The position numbers and the translations under genes were made by a program. A stretch of DNA of 46,308 nt, filler included, from Hypanus sabinus (taxonomy: Eukaryota), in NCBI RefSeq assembly GCF_030144855.1. It is 2 parts of 2 records of this genome, joined end to end, with 100 filler letters (N's around TTAATTAATTAA, not from the genome) between each part and the next. Parts side by side here need not be neighbours in the genome. Positions count along the whole stretch, not along the records: positions 28,582 to 46,308 come from NW_026781020.1; 1 more part is not named here. One strand, written 5' to 3'. The notes under the pieces are model-generated. The model was not told the origin of the DNA, did no database searches, and saw only the letters and a list, made by a program, of their open reading frames with translations. Positions 34,143 to 43,633 of this stretch are shown in pieces. The first letter of the stretch is position 1; every line of letters starts with the position of its first letter.

Positions 34143-34849
34143 CTACCTGTCAGAGGTGTCGTTGCTGTCAGCAAAACAGGAAACACGAGTCCTTTCAAAC
34201 ACTGTGTGAGGTGGTTCTGCCATTCAGTCGTGCGCCCCGTAGTGGCGAATCGATGAAAGATGTGGAGGAGGTACAGCGTTACACGTCCTGCTCTGAAGCA
34301 TTCAGATGAAAGAAGATATTCCGCTCTCTGATCTTCCCACCCCGTCTTTCGTTATGTGCAGTCTTCTCACCGATCTTCAGTCCGGGTTTTTCGTCACTTT
34401 TTGAATGCGACCGATAATGAGACGAGAAACTCGTGAACATGAAGTGACGCGTCTTCCAAGGGCTGTGTAGTTGCAACGGGGCTCCCAGTTCTATCACGCA
34501 AAACGCAGACGTACAGGAAACCCAACAGATTCTCCTTACACCGGGGAGAGGGATCATACCTGGGGACAAATTGAACGTCGGGCTCAGGACAGACGGTTCT
34601 TTCGATCAGATGTCGGCGTCCTATGCACCTTGAAAGGGTTCCGGGGTGCAGTGAGTAGTTAAAATATATATTAATGAGAAACAGGACCTTGTGACCTATT
34701 TGCTATCGCATCTATTTCCCGATTCAATTGTGATGGGTCAGGAAGAGAAAGGAAGAGGTACACCGGCTCCAAATATTCAGGGACGTCTTCCGGTAAATTA
34801 TTTCCTCTTCCTGAGAGACAGCCCAGCCTTTCGACCCACCAGGAACGTG

Positions 34850-35020
34850 TTGCCCAATTACACCCACGTGACCAATTAACCCATCAAGCCCCAGGTCAAT
34901 GTGGGAGGAAACCGGGACACCCGGAGAAAAGCCCACCGTTTCCGGCAGAGAAAGTCAGTACAGAGTGCAGTGGTAATCGAACCCGGATTCGGCAGCGCTG
35001 GAAAGCGATTCCACCAACCG
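34850..35020 (-). mobile_element. V-SINE (HE1-like tRNA-derived SINE)
   Basis: Minus strand shows B box GGGTTCGATTACC and central domain gggcttttctccgggtgtcccggtttcctcccaca. Confidence 0.75.
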
Positions 35021-35214
35021 CTAATTCTCAGTCTCATTCCTTCCTCGAGACTACGATACCTGCCGTGTTCGCGCTATCTTCCCTCTGAAGAACCCTCTCC
35101 ACTCTCTCCAGCTTCAACCCTTCTGTTTGAATTCCCCCATCTTCGCCGTCACCCTCCCCTCCCCTACTTCTCGGAACGCCTACATTCATACAGCACCTTC
35201 CTCTTCTTTCTCAG

Positions 35215-35514
35215 ACGCGCCCTCGGTGACGATCCACCAGGCACCGGCTCTCTCCGCGTCCCCGAGCGGGGAAGCGGAACTGGAGTGCACACTTGAAGGC
35301 GCTGCTCGCTCCGGTAACACGTTGCTCTGGTACAGGTAGTAGCCTGGCAAGCCGCTTCGGAACCTCATTTACATTTGCGCTTGCCGGTCACCAGGAATCT
35401 GCAGGGCCTGTGGGCGGTTTCACCGCAGAAAGGCCGAATAATAACGAGTTCTGCCTGAAGTCCCCAGGCCTGGAGGCGGGATCATCGGCCCTATATTACT
35501 GCGGCTGGCGAGTT
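35215..35514 (+). pseudogene. TRBV: TCR beta V pseudogene V6 (V exon only, no recognisable leader)
   Basis: Acceptor tctcAG then APSVTIHQAPALSASPSGEAELECTLEGAARSGNTLLWYR, followed by TAG TAG and a frameshift before GFTAERPNNNEFCLKSPGLEAGSSALYYCGW. Confidence 0.9.
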
Positions 35515-35553
35515 CACGGCAACAAAGAGAGGCGGCGGAGCTGAGCAAAAACC
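35515..35553 (+). other. 23-RSS of V6
   Basis: CACGGCA + 23 bp + GCAAAAACC. Confidence 0.9.
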
Positions 35554-35601
35554 TGAGAGTCTCAGGGGTCGCTGCCGCCTGCCGGAGACGCAGTGCGTCA
35601 G

Positions 35602-35611
35602 CTGTCAATCA
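35602..35611 (-). promoter_or_regulatory. PBX-MEIS/PREP decamer 3' of the V6 RSS
   Basis: CTGTCAATCA, 48 bp after the nonamer. Confidence 0.6.
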
Positions 35612-37369
35612 AACAAGGGGGCGGGGCGACCAAACGTGAGCAGCGGCACGGTTGCCAATGAAAGTTCGATGAGTTTGAATGACGCGAGATGTGCTTTCTC
35701 GTTTTGATAGTCAAGTCCCCTCCTCCTCCAGAGAAGATGAGGTGCTTGTTTAAACAGTCGCCGTCATAACTCCATGTATAAAATAGAACATTATCGTGCA
35801 GGGAAAGGCGCCTCGGCCCGCAATGTGCGGACGACCCAAATTTACTGATAATCATACACTAGGACTTCAGTTGCTATCTGGTGAATAGACCCTTCGGATT
35901 TTAGGCCTTGCGATTTCACCTGCTGTTCTGTCAAACACATTATCCAAACGCGTTTCATTTTCTGGGTATTGAACGCAAAGCACGAACGTATCAACGGTGG
36001 ATCTACTGCCGCCTGGAGTCAGTTCTGCATTGTAGCACCCGGGTCGGCAGAGGAAAAGATAAGGGAGACTGTAGAGACGACGCGGAGCGGGGGTGTGGGC
36101 GCGAACGGAAATCGATGCCTGTCGGAGTGGGGGCGGAGAGAAACCAGAATGTTGCATAGAAGTTTACAAACAAAACAGGAGGAAGGTGACACAGTTCGGC
36201 ATTGACGACAGGCTCAAAAAAAAGGGTCAACAAATACAACGGCCGAGAGAACATAGAAAATACAAGTCCCTTCTGCTCTATCCCCTCTTTTCTCCGCTTC
36301 TTTCTTTCTTCCTTCCATTCACGCATTCATTTATTCTGTCTTTCAGTCTGTCACTGTCTATCTGTCTCCAGCCTCTCATTCTTCATTACTGTCTTTCTTT
36401 CTCCTTTTTTCTTCTATTTATCATCCGTTCTTTGTGTTTTTCTTCCTTTATTTCTTTCTCACTTTCTTTCTGCCTCACAGAGACACACACTTTATTTCTC
36501 GTTCCCTGCCTTACCCGGCTCTACATTCTCTTTTCCATTCTTTCTTGATAGATTTCCTTCTTTGCTGGGGCAGATTTATTCGGGACATTTCAGACGCTCT
36601 CAGTCCGGCGCACGGCTGACAGATACGTAAGTGAAGCGTTACGTGGGAGGGAAGGGAATACATCGGTCGTAATGGGCTGAACGCGTGTCCTCTTTTCTAT
36701 GATTCCGCAATCGACATCATATTCTCTGAACGGCTTTAGAGCCAAGAGAAAGATGAGCGTAGTGATGTGTCTGAAATCTTCCAGCCGGCGGGTGAATAAA
36801 TTGCCGCTCGTTGCAGGTCCGGGATATTCACTTGCGATTCCGGCATTGCTGGAAGAACGATGTCTTGCCGCGCAGATCACACTCCGCGTGTCGCAAGGTT
36901 CATTGTTGAGGACCCGACTCAATGGTTCGCCACCTGACATATGACATCGGCATATCTCCGCGCGAATAACCAATGAGGGAAGAGCGCTTGAGGCGCCGGC
37001 GCCACGTGGCACTGACGTAGTCTGAACTTCCAGCGCCATGAACCCGTGGATCCGCAGCTCTCTCTGTACAGTTCCATTCACACTGAGATTTTAAGCCAAG
37101 GGTCGGACATGGGGGCGGGGGGAGGCAAAAAAAAAACAATGGAAGTCAGAGGGAAATGGACTCGCAGGTGTGCAGACATGGAAAGAGAGTGAGAGAGTGT
37201 GAGCGAAATGGAAGAAGAGAGAAAATGGGGAGGCGGGTAGAGGTACAGTACGGTGTAAAAGTGTCCGTCATATCACTACAGATGGTTTGGACTCCACAGA
37301 GAACTGATCAAAATATTACCCAGTGCAGACATAGAGTAAGGCGGAGCAGTGACAGTCATTGGCTGCACA

Positions 37370-37430
37370 GAGAGACAGAGAGAGAGAGAGAGGGAGAGAG
37401 AGATTGAGGCAGTCAGAAAGAGAGAGAGAG
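37370..37430. repeat. (GA)n microsatellite
   Basis: Direct reading. Confidence 0.85.
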
Positions 37431-37434
37431 AAAT

Positions 37435-37680
37435 GAAAAGTATCCAGTGAGTAGCAGTTCAGTGGGTGTAAGTGCCTTGTTAATGAGCGAGGTCAGAGGA
37501 GATTGGCAGGCTGGCACCTTCCTGTTAACTTGAACCAGTAACTCGAATAACAACGCATTTTTACAGTGGTGTGCAAAAGAACATCTCTGAAGGCACAACA
37601 TGTCAAACCTTGAAGTGGATGAGCTACAGCAGCAGAAGACCACGATCATACACTTGCAATCCAGTGGCCATTGAGTGCTC
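37435..37680 (+). mobile_element. Tc1/mariner-derived fragment
   Basis: tccagtgagtagcagttc...gaggtcagaggag...gagctacagcagcagaagacca; same family as 44981-45505. Confidence 0.7.
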
Positions 37681-37769
37681 ACGCACTTTGATAATACATT
37701 TACTTTGACTTTGAATGATCTATTTTGTCTTTCTTTACAACGGGAATATATTTGGTGATAGATTTGGAA

Positions 37770-38195
37770 TATAGATGGCTTGGGGCCATCTGTAACTTTG
37801 CTGATCCAATTAACCACATTATCATCCAGTTCATCGAAATGCAGTGGATGGCAACCATCAAAGGAATCAGCGTTGATCCCTGTGGCGCACCACTGGTCAC
37901 AGCCCTTCAGGCAGAGTGACAACCATCTACTATCACTCTCTGGATTCTTCCTAAAACCCAATATCTCATCCAATTTACTACGTTTTTTGTATGCCAAACA
38001 ACCGAACCCTTCTCACCAACCTGTCATGTAGGATCCTGTCAAATGTTTTGCTAAATTCCATGTAGACGTTATCCACTGCCTTGTCGTCATCGAATTTCTT
38101 GGTAACTTCCTGTAAAATCTCCAAGATTGGTTAACCATCAACTACCATGCACAATGCCATGCTGCCTATCCCTCATCAGACCCTGTCTAAACAAA
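37770..38195 (-). mobile_element. CR1 RT core remnant
   Basis: VTSGAPQGS and WISKVTD (degenerate ISKFADD) on the minus strand. Confidence 0.75.
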
Positions 38196-38204
38196 TATTT
38201 TTCA

Positions 38205-38630
38205 ATTTCCGTAGGAGACTGAGGTCCTTTAAAATCTGCCGGACGATGCTGAGGATGTTCTACGAGTCTGTGGTGGCCAGTGTTAACATGTTTGCTGTTG
38301 TGTGCTGGGGCAGCAGGCTGAGGGTAGCAGACAGCAACAGAATTAACAAACTCATTCGTAAGGCCAGTGATGTTGTGGGGGTGGAACTGAACTCTCTGAC
38401 GGTGCTGTCTGAAAGAGGATGCTGTCCAAGTTGCAGGCCATCTTAACCAATGTCTCCCAACCACTCCATAATGTACCCGTTAGGCACAGGAGTACATTCA
38501 GCCAGAGACTCATTGCACCGAGATGCAACGCTGAGTGTCATAGGAAGTCATTCCTGCCTGTGACCATCAAACTTTACAACTCCTCTCTCGGAGTGTCAGA
38601 CACCCTGAGCCAACAGGCTGGTCTGGACCG
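38205..38630 (+). mobile_element. Rex1/Babar-type LINE 3' part
   Basis: RRLRSFKICRTMLRMFYESVVAS..FAVVCWGS...RINKLIRKAS and HRKSFLPVTIKLYNSS. Confidence 0.85.
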
Positions 38631-38839
38631 ATTTCCACTTGAATGATTGACATTATTATTTAATTATTTATGGGTAAATTACTATATTTCTTCACTATTC
38701 TTGGTTGGTGCAGCTGTAACGAAACCCAATTTCACTCGAAATCAAGGAAGTATGATAAATTGAGGGGCAGATACTCATAAGGAAGCTGAGTGGCCGCAGA
38801 AGGACTTATGACTGATTGGTAGTAAAGGCATAAGAGAAG

Positions 38840-39500
38840 GCAGTCATGGGAAGTGTATTGTCGTGCACATCGGTAGAAGAAATATTGACTTTATTCTAAA
38901 TGGAAAGAAAATTCACAATAAATGATGTCCGAAGAGATTTGGAAATCCTTATTAAGGATTCCATCTCGGTTAATTTGCTGTTTATGTCTGTGCTGTATAG
39001 GGCATATACGTCGTTTGTATTAATTTCGTGTGAATTAGAATCTAAAAGCAACGATATAATGTTTAGACTTCATAAAGCACCGGGAGGCTTGGCTTGGGCT
39101 GTGGTGAGCAGTACTGGGCCCTTTCCCTCAGAACGGATAAGCTGAAATTGGAGAGAGTCGAAGGAGGTGCACGAGAATGATCCCGACATTTCGGAACGAG
39201 CCGCTTCATCCGGAAATGTCTGCCGTTAGTCAGCGAGTGGACGCCGGATAGACGGCACGGCAGATCAGATAACGAAGGTCTGCTCAAGATCGCGACTTCA
39301 CACTTCATGCCTGTGCTTGCTCAGGGACTCAGTCAGTGAACCAAACTTGCGGCCAACTCTTCATATTCGACCCTTGAAAAGAAAGAGTTAAATTTGATGA
39401 ATGCTTGATATAGCTGCCAAGGTAACACAGAACAGAAGTTTGCAATGAAAAAAAAAGGTTGCTTCCTGGAACCTGGTAAGAGCATGAAGATGTGCATGGA
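38840..39500 (+). mobile_element. Old CR1 3' remnant
   Basis: Degenerate RT C-terminal motifs. Confidence 0.55.
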
Positions 39501-40340
39501 CACACATCCTTTAGGTAAGATACTGGAGCACAATCTGTTCTTGCTTACAGATCTGCTCTCTGTACCTCTGCCATTGAGCGAGATCGGAGGGCGACATGTG
39601 CAGGCACAGGCTGCTACGACTAGGGGGCGTAAATGCACTGCAGTGGAATTTATGTTAGATTTTTCGAAGGGAATGAAAGGGAAAAATTATTTTTGTAAAG
39701 TTGAATTTTCTCCGGCTGCGATGCAACAAAGACTAGGAGACAAAGATGGAAGCTCCGGCAGAGACAGAAAGAGGCATCGAAAGTCGAAGGCTTGGGGGCA
39801 ATAAATACATCACACGTAGTGAGTTCCGAAGGTGAAAGGGTTGGACTGATACTGAGACAGACACAGGAGGAGGGAAACAAACTATTTCAGGTTATCAGTG
39901 ACCAAGTGGGGGAAGCCGTTCATGTAGTGCCAGGGGAAGAGAAAGAGGGCGTCTGGTGATCAACGTGGCACACAGATTCCAAAATTACAAAATTTGTGAG
40001 CTTAAATAAATCCACAATGTGAGATGGGGGTGGGGGAGAGATGAATAAAGCGAGAGGGTGGGAAGGAGAGAGGGAGAGTGTTACCTGATCAACTTGGGAG
40101 AGCGGATGCAGCTCAACTCTCGAATCGTGTTGGGGCATCGAATCCTCCTTCCTTCAAAGGTCTGTATAGATTTCCAAAATTACAAAGACCTGGGAGCATT
40201 AAAAAATCACACATGGTGAGCTAAATGTGGAGAGGAAAAAAAGGAGAGGGACGGACGAGGACAGCCACAGTGAGACTGTATTGTGTGGCCAACCTGGTGG
40301 ACCGGAAGCAGCAGCCCTCGAATCGGGTTGAAGTATGGAA

Positions 40341-40384
40341 GGGGAGTGCCCAATAGCTACGTCCTCAAGTACACCTACGTCACT
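40341..40384 (+). promoter_or_regulatory. V7 promoter: GC-box variant and reversed decamer
   Basis: GGGGAGTGCC (40341-40350), CTACGTCACT (40375-40384). Confidence 0.55.
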
Positions 40385-40475
40385 GGTATATGTAACAATC
40401 GGGATAGAAATGAATGAATTCGTCTTTGCTGCAGGCGCCACTTTCACCACTGAGAGAGTCAACCCGACAAGGAAG

Positions 40476-41115
40476 ATGTTTCTCTTTCTGCAATTCATCC
40501 TCGCCTTCCGCTGTGGGTGACAGTTCCCAAATATTATTTATTTCCCTCTCTCTGCTTCTGCTTTCCTTCACGTCCCTTCCACTTGCTTTCCCCTCCCGTC
40601 GTCTCGGATTCATTCCTTATATACTTAAGAGGCCTCGCGTCCGCAGACTATCTGCCCTCTGCCGCCGCCATTAAATTTCTATCTCCTGTCGAAATGTCTC
40701 CTTCTTCAGTCATCTTTTTTGCTTCCTTCAATGCGCCCTATTCATCCCCAATCCCCATTGATCCGCGTCTACGCTTCCCTTCTCCCCGTTAAGCCAAATC
40801 TGTCTCTTTTTTCCAGACACGACCTCGGTGACGATCCACCAGACACCGGCTTTCTCCGGAACTGCCGGCCGGAATGTGACCCTGCGTTGCACAGTCGAGG
40901 GTCGTATCACTGCTAACAACTGGTTGTACTGGTACCGACAATTCGCCGGAAAGGGTCCGGAGTACATGTTTCGCTCGACGGCAGCTAATTCCGTCCAGCC
41001 CGAGGGATTGGTCGATGGTTTTACGGCGGAGAGACCGCAGACTAACGAGTTCTTCCTGAAGTCCGACAAACTGGAGGCGGATTCCTCAGCCCTGTATTTC
41101 TGCGCCTGGAGTGAT
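40476..41115 (+). CDS. TRBV: TCR beta V gene segment V7, intact (leader 40476-40512, V exon 40817-41115)
   Basis: Leader MFLFLQFILAFR + GTGGGT donor, acceptor ttccAG. Exon TTSVTIHQTPAFSGTAGRNVTLRCTVEGRITANNWLYWYRQFAGKGPEYMFRSTAANSVQPEGLVDGFTAERPQTNEFFLKSDKLEADSSALYFCAWSD is open. Confidence 0.93.
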
Positions 41116-41154
41116 CACGGCGGCTCAGAGTGATGGGGCAGCTGTACAAAAACT
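41116..41154 (+). other. 23-RSS of V7
   Basis: CACGGCG + 23 bp + ACAAAAACT. Confidence 0.95.
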
Positions 41155-41203
41155 CTCACTGTCAGCAGGGTCGCTGCTGTCAGCTGAACAGGAAATGCGA
41201 AGT

Positions 41204-41213
41204 CTGTCAATCA
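41204..41213 (-). promoter_or_regulatory. PBX-MEIS/PREP decamer 3' of the V7 RSS
   Basis: CTGTCAATCA, 49 bp after the nonamer. Confidence 0.6.
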
Positions 41214-41869
41214 GCGGTTGGGAGGCGAGTCTATCAGTGAGGCGTTGCGCACTGACGACCAATCAGAGAGAGAAGGGGAGGAACTATTGCATTTACAGTC
41301 CTCCCCTTATTAAGCATTCATATTCGTGACGATAATCCGCACATTGATATCTCCACTCCAACCTTCCTTTTTAATGTGCGGTTTCCCCCGCGTATCTCCA
41401 GCGCCAGAGGCTCGTAACCTTTGAGTGCGACTGGACAGCGCTCATTGTGTGCCGTCCGCAGGATCAAATCTACCGCTCTTTATCCTCTTTATTCACTCGC
41501 CGAAGCACAGCACAAGCTGGGACGTTGAGGACTTGCAGAACAGAGGGACCCAGGTGTATAAGGGTCAGACGTAGACGTTGTGAATTGTGGGGAGTGTCGA
41601 GGGGCAGTGGGACCACCTACAACAAGGGAATGACTAACAAACCTTCCATGGAGTGGAAAGCCCAGAGACAAACGGTGCACAATGGGTAGAACACACTCTT
41701 TGAAGTACAGTCTTGAAGGTGGTAGAATAGATCAGGCGAAGGGGAAAGCTGGGCGGATGGGCTTGTGAGGGCTTCTGTATGAGATGCTGGGAGGAGACAG
41801 CTTGATTAGATAAAGAGAGGAAGTAGAAGTCAGCTGACATTGGAAAGCGGTGACTCATGGGAATAGGTG

Positions 41870-42200
41870 CAGGAGGGGCGGAACCGGAAGGACATGATGG
41901 ACAGGTGAGACTGTAAGAGGTAGGTTGGTATCACGAAAAGGGAACGGAAAGGGCAAGGAGTGATGGACAAATCCCTAGATCTCAGTGTAACAGTGGTCAA
42001 CAGTGTGATTTCCACTGGTACTGCGGGTGATCTGGTGGTAATAATTATTAGCGACATTATCAGGCCGGTCTGGTCGAAGTCCCCCAACATGCCGGGGAAG
42101 GCATCGGGACGGGCTGTTTCATATCTGTTGATTAAATCGCACATTTCGTCCAGAGCCCGTTTGGCATGAGCCTGAGGTGGAACGAACAGCGCCTCCGAAA
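41870..42200 (-). mobile_element. Rex1-type LINE endonuclease remnant
   Basis: VPPQAHAKRALDEMCDLINRYETARPDAFPGMLGDFDQ resembles the Rex1 APE domain. Confidence 0.7.
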
Positions 42201-43365
42201 AGATGACCTGAGACCTAAATTATGAGGTATTCCAGGTCTGGAATGCAAATTCCTTTGGAATATTCGAAGCTGGAAGGCACCTATCCACGGGAAGCAGGAT
42301 TAAAGTAGATGGCAAATGAATCCTACGGAAGCGAGGGAGCCTGGACCACCTCAAATCTGTGGATAACATGATGGCAGTTGGATTCCGCTATGCTGTAAGG
42401 CGATGGAGAAGGCGGGTACTTCCCGGCATGGAAGCGATGCCACGGTCAAGAAACAATGAATAAATAAATTGGATAACAATTGCGGTGCGTGTTGGGGTCC
42501 CGAGAACCTACGTGCCAAGTTATTTTAAACGTTTTCCTTGTGATATTTGCCACCGCGCTCCGAATCATCTGAACCCGTCCGCTTTGCATGTTTACACCTC
42601 GGCTCTTGCCGTCAGCTTCTCAACAGCGGAAGCCATTCAAAGGAGGTACACCGCTACGGAAGTGACGTGTTGTCACTCAGCCAACGGGAAGACCTTCATC
42701 AGGCCGCGCAGAGAGACGTCACTGACATCTGATACCGAGCTTCATTCGGTTCCACACAGCGGAACTACCCTCATTCTGTAAACGATGGTGCGGGGGTCAC
42801 TTTGCCTCCCGCTGATTCTGGGGGCGATCCCGCGTAAGTTAAAATCACAGGTCTGGGGTTACGGGGGCACGGAATGCCCTCTGTATTGCAGTATCGGTTA
42901 GATTTCCTCGTCTGATCACTGTAACCCGTTAACGCGCTTTTCGGTGATGCACTGCCGGATAGGGCATTTAAACGGCGTCTGCTTCAGCTTGGAAGGGGAT
43001 ATCAAGCGATTTTTCCGAGGGTGTGTGGGGCCCTGCGACGTATTGAACGCGGACCAAACGCGAATATGCGCATATTCTGCAGGGGATTCAACGGCAGTTC
43101 TTCACTCCGTTTCAATGGCTCTCGTTGTGTCTGAGTCAGAGTAAGTCGGAGTCGGAGCTGTCTCCCCTGTTGCGTGTCTATTCAGCCCGTCGATTCTCAC
43201 CGCCAGTGGAATCTGGTCGTGCCGCGAGGATGGCCAATCGTGTCAATAGAAAAGTGAGCATGGTCTTCGAGATCGCCAGAAATGTCCTTCTGTCCAGCTC
43301 AGCACTTGATGTTCAATCAAAAAAAAAAATTGGAGTAGAATCTTTTCTTCTTTTCTATCTTCTAG

Positions 43366-43633
43366 GGATTCTCTCCGCGTATGTGGAGAAATCGCCGTCC
43401 TCCCTGTCACTCCGTTCAGCATCGAAAGCACTGTGCTGAATACGGGTATTGGTACAGACGGCGATCGGACCGGATAATAGATGCTCTCTTCTATTCTGTT
43501 GGACAAGGTTCTGTTACGAACTACACATCCGAATCCTTCACGGCGACAAGACCCAGCAACACTCTGTTTAAACTGGAACTGGGACGGGCATCGGCCTCCC
43601 ACTCCGCCGTCTACTACTGCGCTTGTAATAGCG
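43366..43633 (+). pseudogene. TCR V pseudogene V8, a different V family (probably TRBV); possible degenerate leader 43091-43140
   Basis: Acceptor ttctAG, GILSAYVEKSPSSLSLRSASKALC then stop. A second frame gives YWYRRRSDRIIDALFYSVGQGSV...FTATRPSNTLFKLELGRASASHSAVYYCAC. CDR1 is shortened by an out-of-frame deletion. The leader-like ACG-GCA-GTT...GA|GTAAGT lacks an ATG at the ACG and is out of phase. Confidence 0.85.

Noticed and set aside
35215-35553. Leaderless V6 as a NAR-TCR supporting V
   Set aside because: It is TRBV-like, has stops and a frameshift, and no IgNAR-type V, D or J lies upstream. Leader loss is explained by the SINE.
36190-36223. CACAGTT followed by an A-tract (possible D RSS)
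   Set aside because: Spacing is about 18 bp, neither 12 nor 23.
36202-36630. Hydrophobic F/L/S-rich ORFs suggesting a membrane protein
   Set aside because: Translation of low-complexity pyrimidine-rich DNA.
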